From IMG/VR virus record IMGVR_UViG_3300025639_000016, positions 1 through 28,428 of that record: a DNA stretch of 28,428 bases; one strand, written 5' to 3'. This document shows, one piece after another, positions 10,051-19,851 of this stretch. The notes beneath the pieces were generated by a model, which worked only from the letters and a program-made list of their open reading frames with translations, was not told the DNA's origin and made no database searches. Every line of letters begins with the position of its first letter. Position 1 is the first letter of the stretch. The stretch comes from a virus (lineage: Duplodnaviria; Caudoviricetes). A program made the translations under genes and the position numbers.

Positions 10051-11577
10051 CTATAGTTCTATTACTAGTTTAATATTCTCTATCTGGTCATGGACCCTAT
10101 TAACTCTATGTCTTTTCTCAAAATATATAACATCACCTGTAAATTTATCAATATTATCAGGATTATGTAGACTATCTACTGTTCCTAAACTATTACCATT
10201 CGAATCCATAAGTGAAGATCCTGAGTCAAAAGATATATATCCGGTTTCATCTGATTGGTGATAATATACAGTTGTAACATCACCCAAAACAGTTGTATGA
10301 TCTATATAAGCTTCTGCTGTTAGTGTATTACCTGTACCTACTGCCATACTAATATTATTAGTTGCATTAGATGATAAAGCATTCATACTGGTAATTTTAA
10401 GTGACTGTAATGGATTAATAACAGTATTAGCTGTTACACCTTCGACACCAGAAATAATACCAATTTCATGAAACATTCTAGGTGCATCTGCAAATTCAGT
10501 TAAGTCGAACTGACAATTAACACCTAAATTATTAGAACCAAGAACAGCACGTGCTGATTTACCAAAACCACCTGGTGGTGGTAATATAGCATTTGCAGTA
10601 GCTTGTTCCTCTAATGTAATACTGTCATAGCTTATAACAATATTAACTTCCCTCCAACGACCTATATTATTCGCTATACTGGTAGCATCTGAGTTTAAAT
10701 CAACTTCTGTAGGATTTTCAGGTAATATATTAATAGACTTTATATATTCTCTATTAATGTTAGGACCAGATGAATATGCTTCCATAGTAATCTGAGCTGC
10801 AGGTATTTCTATTCCTTTATCTACAGCACCATCACCATATAAATGTACTGTTGGTGTATTGCCTGCTGTATATACACCACCATTAGTAACTTCTATAGAA
10901 TATATTTTACCGTCAACTGCAGAGTTCTCAACATTAAATTGGTCTTGATCTCTAGTATTTCCTATGTCAGATCCTATAGGAGTAGGTATATATTTAGAAG
11001 TAGTGAATTTAGTATTTAGATCTGAATCGATTTCATATAAGAACTTCCATATATAACCGTCTGCCGTCTCTACTACTTTAGTAAGATCATTACCGACAAG
11101 TGGTGCAGATGTTGAATCTTGATAAACAATAGAAGTTACATCTGATGTAGTAGGGTCTATTACTACACTTTCAATAGGTGCATACAGACATACAAATACC
11201 TTTCTATCATATACTACATTATCAGTAACATCTGATTCTGTGAATGTAGAAAGAGTTGAATTGTCCTCATATGAACTCCATGGCTTATATGGTTTACCTG
11301 ACTCCCAAATATTCCTTCTAGAACATAATTCCATATCTGAATTTTCAATTTTCTTTAAAATGCCCATATTACTATGAGCCTTATAGAAAGTATTCTTAAA
11401 GATATCCTCATTAGGAGGGATAAGAGTATTATCAATAGCTGTTACCTCATCAATATCTTCGTTAGGCCATGATTGGCTCCGGCCTAAGAACATATAATAA
11501 TCCGAACTATTACCTATATCCTGTTTAATAAACTGAGCCGCGTTTATTCTAAATTGAGATGTTATTATTGCTGTCAT
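10051..11577 (-). CDS. g8: Baseplate wedge subunit, T4 gp8-like
   Basis: MTAIITSQFRINAA...YYMFLGRSQSW, DGYIWKFLYEI, C-terminal FTGDVIYFEKR...QIENIKLVIEL. Gene order gp6-gp7-gp8. Confidence 0.9.
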   Translation of the reverse strand: MTAIITSQFRINAAQFIKQDIGNSSDYYMFLGRSQSWPNEDIDEVTAIDNTLIPPNEDIFKNTFYKAHSNMGILKKIENSDMELCSRRNIWESGKPYKPWSSYEDNSTLSTFTESDVTDNVVYDRKVFVCLYAPIESVVIDPTTSDVTSIVYQDSTSAPLVGNDLTKVVETADGYIWKFLYEIDSDLNTKFTTSKYIPTPIGSDIGNTRDQDQFNVENSAVDGKIYSIEVTNGGVYTAGNTPTVHLYGDGAVDKGIEIPAAQITMEAYSSGPNINREYIKSINILPENPTEVDLNSDATSIANNIGRWREVNIVISYDSITLEEQATANAILPPPGGFGKSARAVLGSNNLGVNCQFDLTEFADAPRMFHEIGIISGVEGVTANTVINPLQSLKITSMNALSSNATNNISMAVGTGNTLTAEAYIDHTTVLGDVTTVYYHQSDETGYISFDSGSSLMDSNGNSLGTVDSLHNPDNIDKFTGDVIYFEKRHRVNRVHDQIENIKLVIEL

Positions 11578-11617
11578 AATGGGTATACCTTATAATCTTT
11601 AATGTTTGTGTTTTATT

Positions 11618-11625
11618 TATTTATA
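11618..11625 (-). promoter_or_regulatory. T4-type late promoter (TATAAATA) for the gp8-VrlC-fibre operon
   Basis: Plus strand reads tatttata at 11618-11625 in the gp7-gp8 intergenic gap. An AAGGT SD-like sequence follows before the gp8 ATG. Confidence 0.8.
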
Positions 11626-11630
11626 TAAAT

Positions 11631-12548
11631 TTAGGGTAAAGTTTCTAACTCAGCTTCTATATTACCTGGTACCCTATAATAGATAGTGTCGTTGATTGTA
11701 TAATTATCCCAGGAACTAGAAGTAGTAATTAATGAATGCTTTATATTATCTAACCAAGCTCTCATACCTAATGGTCTTTCTACGTCATATAAAATCAACA
11801 TCTTTCTTACAGAATTATCTACTACTCTAGACGTAGATATTATTGGTTGTATATCACCTATTAATTCTAATATGTAAGACGAACATACATATGATTTTAG
11901 TTCTTCTAGGCATGTATTATCACAAGTTTCACAATCTGTTGTATCGTTAGCTTTAAATAGACGGTTGGATCCATTTAATATTGTAGAAAGTATCATCTCA
12001 GAAAACATTACATAACCTAGTGGGTGTGTCCCTTTATTATATACACCACCCCATATATCTTGAGATATTTTAGTGTTAGATATAACATAAGAATACAATT
12101 GATAAAACTTTGAGTCATGTATTTTTATACTAGAATTACTTAATAAACCATTATCAGATTTACTTGGTGAGGGTATTAATAAGTGTTCTTTAGGAAACTT
12201 AACCTCAACTTCAGGTGACTGGTAAAATATCTTAAAGAAAAGTTTTATAGAATCTACGGACCCTGCTGTGTTGTATAGTTTATTTAGATCTTTATATAAT
12301 AATCGACTATCACCTTTATATAGGGATGGTATTTTAGAACCAAAAATATTTTTATAATGATCCTCAATACTGTTAGACGTATCTATATCATTATTCTCAA
12401 TTATTCGTAAATAATCAATTATACTCTCATGCTGCTCTAAAAACTTAATATAACCATCTAAGAAATCTATATACTGTTTGTTATTAACTGATAGATGATC
12501 TGGTATTATTTCAGATACAGCTGTTGTTTTTACTGGTCGAGTATACAT
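11631..12548 (-). CDS. g7: Baseplate wedge initiator, gp7-like, unusually short (305 aa)
   Basis: SEIIPDHL...IDFLDGYIKFLE, AGSVDSIKLFFKIFY and KIHDSKFYQLYSYVI...HPLGYVMFSE motifs. Lies between gp6 and gp8. Confidence 0.72.
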   Translation of the reverse strand: MYTRPVKTTAVSEIIPDHLSVNNKQYIDFLDGYIKFLEQHESIIDYLRIIENNDIDTSNSIEDHYKNIFGSKIPSLYKGDSRLLYKDLNKLYNTAGSVDSIKLFFKIFYQSPEVEVKFPKEHLLIPSPSKSDNGLLSNSSIKIHDSKFYQLYSYVISNTKISQDIWGGVYNKGTHPLGYVMFSEMILSTILNGSNRLFKANDTTDCETCDNTCLEELKSYVCSSYILELIGDIQPIISTSRVVDNSVRKMLILYDVERPLGMRAWLDNIKHSLITTSSSWDNYTINDTIYYRVPGNIEAELETLP

Positions 12549-12556
12549 AAGTTGTT

Positions 12557-14404
12557 CTATAAGTTAGCAATAGGGGATATAGTTATGTCTGTCTCTTCTA
12601 TATTTAATATATTATTAAATTTAGGGTATATAGAATTTGAATAAGGTGTAGCTTTAAATGTAATGTTATTCACTGCAAAAGTATTAATCAAATCTTCTAA
12701 TGTAGAACTATAATTATCTATATTTAATTGTCCATTATATGAGTCAACATATCCTACATTAGCTTGTACAACATCGTTAGTTTTATTTGATATAATATCT
12801 ATCATGCGCCGCTTATTATAATTATCATATCTGTCTTTAAAAATACAATTAGTATTGTTATAGTTGAATTCAGTTGATGTCATGACAGATACATTATTAG
12901 CAGAATCATTTAACTTTTCTGCAAAATTAACTTTAAATGACCATACCTGTGGTCTTGTATTCTCCTTTGCATTCCATTCTGCATTAAACCCAGTTGTATC
13001 TTTTAATACCATATTATATATAGTGTCACGTTGAATAGTATCAATAATATTAATAGTTTTTGACATTATTACATCTACAGAGGAATCTAGTACATTAGGA
13101 CTAATAGAGTCAATTATGGATAATAAATTAGATTTTCTAAAAACACCAGCGAATGATAATAAGATATTATTATTATAATTTATTATTTCCTCTTTAATAT
13201 TTCCAGAGATCTTTGCTATGTTATTAACTTCTTTATTATCATAAGTATATTTTACATCTAGAATAAGATCGATCTTTTCGTGGTCTCTAATCTTAGCATT
13301 AATTCCTAATACATTCTTTGAAGAAATAGTATTTAATATGGTATTTTTTTGAGTTAAGTCAAGATATTCATCAGAATCAGATATAGCTGATATATATACA
13401 ATTCCTGGTGTTGATGGTATTTCAGTTTCTCCACCCCAAACATTAATTGATTTAAGACCAGGTGATGTTGAATTAATTAATGCTTTATAATCATCAGCAG
13501 CCACTGCTCTATTCTGTGCTGCATAACTTAAAGGTGAGTTGAACTTAATAGACTTTATAGCCTCTTTAGGTTCTCCTGACTTTGTTTGCATATTCTCCAT
13601 ATTAATAGTATGAATACCATTGGTATCTATTATAGTTGATATATTATTACCATCTCTAGGATCGTCAATAGTACCTGCTATATATGATAATGTAACAATA
13701 TCATTATTCTCTAAACTTTTACCTATTATACCATCACCAAAATAAACAGAAAACAATCCATTCTTATTTTCTTGGGTCCAATATATATTATCTTCTGTTA
13801 AAATCTCGGATATTTCTGAAATATGTTTATAGGTATTAGTAGTTACACCAGAAGTTATATTAGGTCGTTCTACTGATACTACAAGTGTATCTGTATTAGC
13901 ATTTTTATGTGTAAGATACATAATACCAGTATCACTATTATTATACCTGTACTGATCTTGAAGATATACACCTTGAACTAATTCTACTTTATCAAATTCA
14001 TTACCTGATGCCGGTACGTCAGACTTTACTATAAACGGGTAATCCTCACCATCGACTGTTATACTAGAAAATTCACTACCTCTTTCCATATAGTCTGTAT
14101 TAGCAGGTGTAATCTTAACTGTAGCCCTAGAGGATCTATATGATCTTGGAGTATATCCTAGTAATTTAGCATGTGATACAGCTGAACTTCTTAATTGTGA
14201 TGTATCTAAGAAGGATTCATTTACAGCCATATTAGCATTAAATGCATTATAGTGTGTAGTATATGCCAATACATCTAGTACTGAATTAATAACAGATCCT
14301 TCAAAATTATAGTCTTTTAATTTATCTTGGGATTTAAGATATTCTTTTAATTCTGACTTAATAGAATGAAAGTCTAATTTATTGGTGTTAGGTGTAATAG
14401 CCAT
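12557..14404 (-). CDS. g6: Baseplate wedge subunit, T4 gp6-like
   Basis: LDFHSIKSELKEYL...DYNFEGS...LDVLAYTTHYNAFNANMAVNESFLDT, YFGDGIIGK, QNRAVAADDY, VWGGE. Confidence 0.95.
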   Translation of the reverse strand: MAITPNTNKLDFHSIKSELKEYLKSQDKLKDYNFEGSVINSVLDVLAYTTHYNAFNANMAVNESFLDTSQLRSSAVSHAKLLGYTPRSYRSSRATVKITPANTDYMERGSEFSSITVDGEDYPFIVKSDVPASGNEFDKVELVQGVYLQDQYRYNNSDTGIMYLTHKNANTDTLVVSVERPNITSGVTTNTYKHISEISEILTEDNIYWTQENKNGLFSVYFGDGIIGKSLENNDIVTLSYIAGTIDDPRDGNNISTIIDTNGIHTINMENMQTKSGEPKEAIKSIKFNSPLSYAAQNRAVAADDYKALINSTSPGLKSINVWGGETEIPSTPGIVYISAISDSDEYLDLTQKNTILNTISSKNVLGINAKIRDHEKIDLILDVKYTYDNKEVNNIAKISGNIKEEIINYNNNILLSFAGVFRKSNLLSIIDSISPNVLDSSVDVIMSKTINIIDTIQRDTIYNMVLKDTTGFNAEWNAKENTRPQVWSFKVNFAEKLNDSANNVSVMTSTEFNYNNTNCIFKDRYDNYNKRRMIDIISNKTNDVVQANVGYVDSYNGQLNIDNYSSTLEDLINTFAVNNITFKATPYSNSIYPKFNNILNIEETDITISPIANL

Positions 14405-14407
14405 ATA

Positions 14408-15145
14408 CTAATCTCGTTTTTTTATTTCTGATTTAAATTGGGAAACTACTTTATTAATAATTTCTGGCTTGATAGCTCTAATCGTTGATTTTGATTCGTT
14501 TTCATCTACTAATACATCTATATTAGAAACTGGTATTGCCGATGAAGCTAATGATGTATATAATATAGGTAAATCTAAATCATTGTCATCCACATAATGA
14601 TGTGGCATATTATACGACTTCTTAGATGTACCTATAGTAGTGAATGTAATAGTATTATCATCTAGAAAAGTCATCGTAAGATCATTAGATATAGTAGGTG
14701 AATCTAATAATGGTTCTAATTGTATCCATAATGATGTGGCATGAATACCTATTACTTTATATGTGTGATCATTATTAACTTTCTTAATAACTCTATCGAT
14801 AGAAAACTTAGACAAGTCATCTTCATGTATGGAGATGCCTACACCAGGATATTTAATTGGAGCAGCATCATATACAGCTTTTAATGATTTAGGCCAATCT
14901 GTATATAAATTTTTGAGATGTTTATTTATTAAAAAGAATGTCCAATAATGTGTATCTGTTCCATATAATACAGTAGACATATTATCAGGTCTATACCCAT
15001 CAGGTATTGTTATCTCAGAATAAAAATCAATATCATCCCCTTTTAATAAATCAATATCTACATAACTTGTAAGATTGGTCATATTATAATTAACACCATC
15101 TATATTATATGATGTCTGTGGAAAATCTGAAAAATAACCTTTCAT
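14408..15145 (-). CDS. g53: Baseplate wedge subunit, T4 gp53-like
   Basis: YFSDFP start, DGYRPDNMSTVLYG...YWTFFLIN...DWP, C-terminal ENESKSTIRAIKP. Confidence 0.88.
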   Translation of the reverse strand: MKGYFSDFPQTSYNIDGVNYNMTNLTSYVDIDLLKGDDIDFYSEITIPDGYRPDNMSTVLYGTDTHYWTFFLINKHLKNLYTDWPKSLKAVYDAAPIKYPGVGISIHEDDLSKFSIDRVIKKVNNDHTYKVIGIHATSLWIQLEPLLDSPTISNDLTMTFLDDNTITFTTIGTSKKSYNMPHHYVDDNDLDLPILYTSLASSAIPVSNIDVLVDENESKSTIRAIKPEIINKVVSQFKSEIKKRD

Positions 15146-15555
15146 TATCGTATACGCTCTACTATGAATTCTACTGTTGTTTCTACTTCCACCGGTGACA
15201 ATATTATCATATCTATTGAAATAGTTAATGCATTAGCATCTATTCGTGTATCATCTACATCTATATTAGTTACTTGAATGCGTGGTTCATAATTAGTTAA
15301 GGTGGATAATATTCTTGCTTTAATAGCAGCTGATGTTATAGAATCCCATAACTCAAATAAATAACTTCTTAGATTACCACCATAAAGATCATCAAATACT
15401 TTCTCACCTTTATTAGTCATTAAGATATTCATTACAGATTGTTTTACTGCAGCAACATCTGTCTGTAGAACAATATCAGATGTCATAGGGGATTCTCTAA
15501 ATCTTATGTCTAGATCTGTATAATGAAAATTTCTGGAATTGATACTTGTATTCAT
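15145..15555 (-). CDS. g25: Baseplate wedge subunit, gp25/GPW family
   Basis: YTDLD...AVKQSVMNILMTNKGEKVF...YGGNLRSYLFE...NYEPRI. Confidence 0.95.
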   Translation of the reverse strand: MNTSINSRNFHYTDLDIRFRESPMTSDIVLQTDVAAVKQSVMNILMTNKGEKVFDDLYGGNLRSYLFELWDSITSAAIKARILSTLTNYEPRIQVTNIDVDDTRIDANALTISIDMIILSPVEVETTVEFIVERIR

Positions 15556-15560
15556 AATAG

Positions 15561-15568
15561 TATTTATA
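15561..15568 (-). promoter_or_regulatory. T4-type late promoter (TATAAATA) 5 nt before the gp25 ATG
   Basis: Minus strand reads TATAAATA-ctatt-ATG. Confidence 0.8.
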
Positions 15569-15577
15569 CTGGTTTAT

Positions 15578-16498
15578 CTACTTTGTTATTAAAGGTTGCT
15601 GTTTTTCCCAAAGAGCTAAGGCAACATTATATCTGTCCTCTGCATTTTTATTGATCATTTTTGCAAGACCTTTCTTCTCCCTATACATAGTCATCATTTC
15701 AGACTCATATTCAGAAACATCCATACTTTCTGAACGTGGGTATCGAGCCTTTAATTCATCTAGAGTAATCGTAAGAAGTTCTGGTTTTTCAGGTTTTTCC
15801 ATTGGTGCTCTTTTAGAAGCTGGTGCCGTACCCATTCTTGCTAACTTAATAGTAGCATCATCTGTAGCATTTTTAACTTGTGTTGCTATAGCACCTACAC
15901 CTGCATCAACGTCAGCACCAAACTCTGTAAGTTTCCCTTTTGCTACTGTTGCCACTTCTGATATCTCTGACTTTAGTTCTCCTAATGCACCATCAATAGG
16001 AAACTTAGGCATATTAGGTAATAACTCTATTGCACCATCCACACCTTTTTGTAGATTAGGTATAATAGCACAAGGGTCTATATCCCCACCGTCTAAGGCA
16101 CTTAATATAGCATCTAAGTCTACACCTGCTTTATCTAGTCCTTCACCCCATGATTCTTTAAATTCTTTTTTCGCAGCTGCTATTTTTTTATTAATTTCTT
16201 TTTTAAGATCTTCCGGTATATTACCATCTGCTAAGTCTGATGCATATCCTCCTAGTTTAGATACAAGTGCCATAAGTTCAATAGACATTGGTATCTTAGG
16301 TAGTTCAGGTAGAAGGGGATCTGGAAGTGGTGGCATCCAGCCTTCAATCGCAGCTATGGCATCTGCTTTCATCTGCTCTGCAGTAGCTTTAGCATCAGCT
16401 ATCCCTTGATCCACCATCGCCAATGCTTCATCTTTAGCAGCGTCTAATTCTTTCTGTAATCCACCTAAGAGGGCATCTACATCTATTCCACAAATCAT
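15578..16498 (-). CDS. Hypothetical alpha-helical, Ala/Asp/Lys-rich protein (306 aa), probably virion-associated
   Basis: Fills the gap between gp5 and gp25 in the same direction and starts 2 nt after the gp5 stop. No family recognised. Confidence 0.8.
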   Translation of the reverse strand: MICGIDVDALLGGLQKELDAAKDEALAMVDQGIADAKATAEQMKADAIAAIEGWMPPLPDPLLPELPKIPMSIELMALVSKLGGYASDLADGNIPEDLKKEINKKIAAAKKEFKESWGEGLDKAGVDLDAILSALDGGDIDPCAIIPNLQKGVDGAIELLPNMPKFPIDGALGELKSEISEVATVAKGKLTEFGADVDAGVGAIATQVKNATDDATIKLARMGTAPASKRAPMEKPEKPELLTITLDELKARYPRSESMDVSEYESEMMTMYREKKGLAKMINKNAEDRYNVALALWEKQQPLITK

Positions 16499-16500
16499 GA

Positions 16501-17736
16501 TTATTTATCCTTGTTTAGATGAATATTACCACCAGAAGTAATTTTAATATCCTCTGTTGCTGTTTCAATAGCCATCCGTTCACCTGACTCAACTTGTAAT
16601 TTTAAGCCTACTTTCATCGAGGCATTCTCAGCTGTTAATGTTCCAAAATTACCATGAGTAGTTAGGTTATAATTTTTTGTAGTAGCAATATGTGTATGAC
16701 CCTTTATAGTTTGATCCCAATCACCATTAACAGTATGTTTATGATTCATGAATGTATTAATAGTAGAATCTTCATGTATTGTTAGTATCTCACCTTTAGA
16801 GATATTACCTGTACGATTACCTATTATTTCAAAAGCATCATTACCACCACCCTTTTTATCGCCACGAGCACCGATCTTAGTATATCTGTTTTTATGTACT
16901 TTAGTAGTCATATCACCTTCAACTTCTAATACATAATCCCCTTTAATAAGTTGTCGAACATTACCGTCTACAGTAAGATCACATGATCCCATAACATATA
17001 CAGATTTCTTACCTATGGTTATCTCAAACTGATCTCGTACAATCTTTGTTACTTTATCACCTGTAGGATGTATTTCTTCAAATGTACCTGATTTATGATG
17101 AGTCATTAGACGTTCACCATCAGGGGAATCATCTACTTCTATTACATGACCAGATTCTGACTCATATACATGATTGAACGGATATTGTGCATAAGTATCA
17201 GATTTAGGTTCAGGTTCGTCCCATTTAGCTGGTGGATCAGGTGGTAGGGCTTCAACTGTCTTCATCTCAGGTTTAGTAGCTTTAGGTATATCTGTTACTT
17301 TTAATGCTTTACGCTGCATTAATGCTACATGATTTTCTGCATTCTTACCACGCCCTAATCTATTATAATCTGGTTCACCTGCTAAGAAAGGATAGTTATA
17401 GAATGGATCTTTAAAACCTTTAGTTTCATCACCATCAGGTTCTTGTTCGAATGCCGTTTCTGCAGGCATTCCCGATACAGTACCGAGTACAATAGGATCT
17501 TGCATAAAATCATCATTAAATGCTAGTACAACCCATGACCCTTCTACTAGGAATTGTGTATGACCTAAACCAGATACAGATGGTGATGTTGTTGGAAGCA
17601 TTACCGTAGCCCAAGGTAATGAGTCAGTTGGTATTTCAGATAAATTAGGTGAATGTTTTCCTAATATACGCACTCTTACACGACCCATTTCTAATGGATC
17701 CATTCTATCTTCTACTACACCTAACTCAACTTGCAT
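16501..17736 (-). CDS. g5: Baseplate hub / tail spike, T4 gp5-like (OB fold + beta-helix, no lysozyme domain)
   Basis: GVVEDRMDPLEMGRVRVRILGKH...LPWA, YPFNHVYESESGHVIEVDDSPDGERL...HKSGTFEEIHP, VxGx repeats, ends NIHLN. ATG at 17736 has AGGTG 6 nt upstream, so it is preferred over the GTG at 17745. Confidence 0.92.
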   Translation of the reverse strand: MQVELGVVEDRMDPLEMGRVRVRILGKHSPNLSEIPTDSLPWATVMLPTTSPSVSGLGHTQFLVEGSWVVLAFNDDFMQDPIVLGTVSGMPAETAFEQEPDGDETKGFKDPFYNYPFLAGEPDYNRLGRGKNAENHVALMQRKALKVTDIPKATKPEMKTVEALPPDPPAKWDEPEPKSDTYAQYPFNHVYESESGHVIEVDDSPDGERLMTHHKSGTFEEIHPTGDKVTKIVRDQFEITIGKKSVYVMGSCDLTVDGNVRQLIKGDYVLEVEGDMTTKVHKNRYTKIGARGDKKGGGNDAFEIIGNRTGNISKGEILTIHEDSTINTFMNHKHTVNGDWDQTIKGHTHIATTKNYNLTTHGNFGTLTAENASMKVGLKLQVESGERMAIETATEDIKITSGGNIHLNKDK

Positions 17737-18982
17737 GCTCAACACCTATAAAATCTCTAATTAATTCAAGTGACATTGAATATGTTGTTTTATCAAAATT
17801 ATGTGAAATGGCAGATATTAAATATTTGCCGGATGATACCATATCTTCAGGTAGATTTTGAAGAGCTGGTATATTTTGTTGTATTTTAACATCTAAACAA
17901 TCACCACATTCTATTTCTTTAATAGGATCAACAAGTACAGATAATCGTGCAACATTCATTCTATTAATAAATGATGATCTAGACATTAATGATGTAGTAT
18001 TGATTGTATTATAGTTAGACATTATCCCATCAGCTTCGAATGATACATTATTTGTTCTAGATACAAAATGTCTAGAGTTAGATAATTCATCTAATGGTTT
18101 ATCATCTATTTTATATTCTTTAGATATTAATTCATTCTTTATTTTAGCAGAATCTGTATACTTGAAAGTGGTTGTGGAAACAGTTTTATTCGATATATCA
18201 ATAACAGTAGTATTAGATGCATAGGCTCCTTTAGATAGAATAGAAAGGGTATCGTATGCAGTTTCTTGTTTAATAGATGTTACATGATTTCTATGATCTG
18301 CTAATCCCCTAGTAGTTGAACCGTCTTTTCCTGTATTAGACATTAAATGAGAATCATGTATAGTAGCCTTAGTATCTTTAGATATCATTGAATTAAAAGA
18401 TATTAACTTAGTAGTAGACCCCGAATTTAATGTATCAAATAAGAATAATGGTGATTTCTCAGTATTAAATGCTTTATCTAATATCTTATCAATAGCCTGA
18501 TAAGGTTTAATAAAAGGGAATACTATATTATAAGATGATGACCCTTTATCATATATTTCTACTTCTTCATTTAAGTAACTTTTATATATTGTTTTAATAA
18601 TATCAGAAGTAATACCTCTAAAAGATCTTGAAAATGTTTTAGTAGAATTAAGGAATTCTTTTTCTGTTACTAATTTAAATCTTATAGAAGAGATGTTTCT
18701 TGCTACTTTTTCTATAGAATATACATCAGTTATACGGAAATTAAGAACACGATCAATATTATCTTTAGTAAATTCTATCTGAACTGTTTCTTGTCCTATT
18801 AGAGGCACACGATTAACTAGTCCCGAATCATCATACATAATCATATCACCTCTTAAAAAGAACTGATCAATAGCTTCAAATATAGTAAGTTTTGTTACAT
18901 TATCTGTAACATCATATATATTAGAGGTATGTGACTTTATTGTAACTTTGAAATTAGAATAACTACCTATTAGGGCATCCAT
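17726..18982 (-). CDS. Baseplate hub protein, gp27/VgrG-N-like
   Basis: IFEAIDQFFLRGDMIMYDDSGLVNRVPLIGQE start and SGKYLISAISHNF...MSLELIRD end. Immediately upstream of gp5. Confidence 0.7.
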   Translation of the reverse strand: MDALIGSYSNFKVTIKSHTSNIYDVTDNVTKLTIFEAIDQFFLRGDMIMYDDSGLVNRVPLIGQETVQIEFTKDNIDRVLNFRITDVYSIEKVARNISSIRFKLVTEKEFLNSTKTFSRSFRGITSDIIKTIYKSYLNEEVEIYDKGSSSYNIVFPFIKPYQAIDKILDKAFNTEKSPLFLFDTLNSGSTTKLISFNSMISKDTKATIHDSHLMSNTGKDGSTTRGLADHRNHVTSIKQETAYDTLSILSKGAYASNTTVIDISNKTVSTTTFKYTDSAKIKNELISKEYKIDDKPLDELSNSRHFVSRTNNVSFEADGIMSNYNTINTTSLMSRSSFINRMNVARLSVLVDPIKEIECGDCLDVKIQQNIPALQNLPEDMVSSGKYLISAISHNFDKTTYSMSLELIRDFIGVEHAS

Positions 18983-18987
18983 AATCT

Positions 18988-19818
18988 TTAATAACCTTTT
19001 TCAATATGAGATCTATATATTGGCATTAATTCTCTAAAATTTAGTGTCATATCAACTCTTACAGGTTCATCATTTTCTTTAAAAAATGAATTAGAATCCT
19101 TATTGTATACAACATTACATGATTGAAGAGCTACTTCTGGCATCTTAGGAAATTCTGCATTAATAAAGTCTATATCAAATACTTCAGGGAAATTCAAAGT
19201 AAATGATCCTTTTGCTGGGTACATTGACTTTCGAAAATTTCTTATAATATCTTTAACAACTAAGGACTCTTCTTTAGACTCAGGTATAAAGGCCCATGAA
19301 AAAGACCATTCTCTAAGACCTACACCTTTAAATGTAATGAAAGGATTTTCTCGTAATACAACTTGGGTTTTTTTAGTTAATTCGTCTAATCCCCCTGCGA
19401 TTACAGTACCTGCTAGACCACCTGCGGCTAATCCTACATTTTTAGCTATTACAGCTCCCACGGCTACTTTACCAGCAGGAGTGGAAATAAGTGCAGAACC
19501 TCCGTCCATTATGTCCTTAGCACCTGCTTTCAATCCTTCTGTTGATAAATCAAATTTATTATCAGAGTCTAAAATAGATCCTATAACACCACCTGATCTT
19601 TCTTCATATTGTATGTTATCATTAAAAGAAACACCAGGAACAACATGAAGAGCTATATGATATCCTAAGTCTTTAATTATACTATCATCAGGTTTACCGT
19701 AAGTAGCTTTATGTGAACTAAACATTATAGCAGGAGAAGTAGACTTACCTATATTTAATGGATACCTTAGTATTTTAGGAGCTGTTATAGTCATTGGCTC
19801 TAGAACTGCGATTGGCAT
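18988..19818 (-). CDS. g48: Baseplate tail-tube cap, T4 gp48-like
   Basis: LRYPL start, NPFITFKGVGLREWSFSWAFIPESKEES..VKDIIRNFR, PVRVDMTLNFREL, ends KGY. Confidence 0.9.
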   Translation of the reverse strand: MPIAVLEPMTITAPKILRYPLNIGKSTSPAIMFSSHKATYGKPDDSIIKDLGYHIALHVVPGVSFNDNIQYEERSGGVIGSILDSDNKFDLSTEGLKAGAKDIMDGGSALISTPAGKVAVGAVIAKNVGLAAGGLAGTVIAGGLDELTKKTQVVLRENPFITFKGVGLREWSFSWAFIPESKEESLVVKDIIRNFRKSMYPAKGSFTLNFPEVFDIDFINAEFPKMPEVALQSCNVVYNKDSNSFFKENDEPVRVDMTLNFRELMPIYRSHIEKGY

Positions 19819-19829
19819 ATATGTTACCT

Positions 19830-19837
19830 TATAAATA
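19830..19837 (+). promoter_or_regulatory. T4-type late promoter (TATAAATA) for gp4
   Basis: Exact TATAAATA ending 30 nt upstream of the gp4 ATG. Confidence 0.75.
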
Positions 19838-19851
19838 TGTTTATTATTACT

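Noticed and set aside
14402-14410. TAG readthrough or recoding: gp53-TAG-TAT-ATG-gp6 is in frame, as is gp59-TAG-ACT-ATT-ATG at 25654-25665
   Set aside because: Two of six TAG-ending genes being in frame matches chance. TAG falls at the expected protein ends and the long genes are intact under the standard code.
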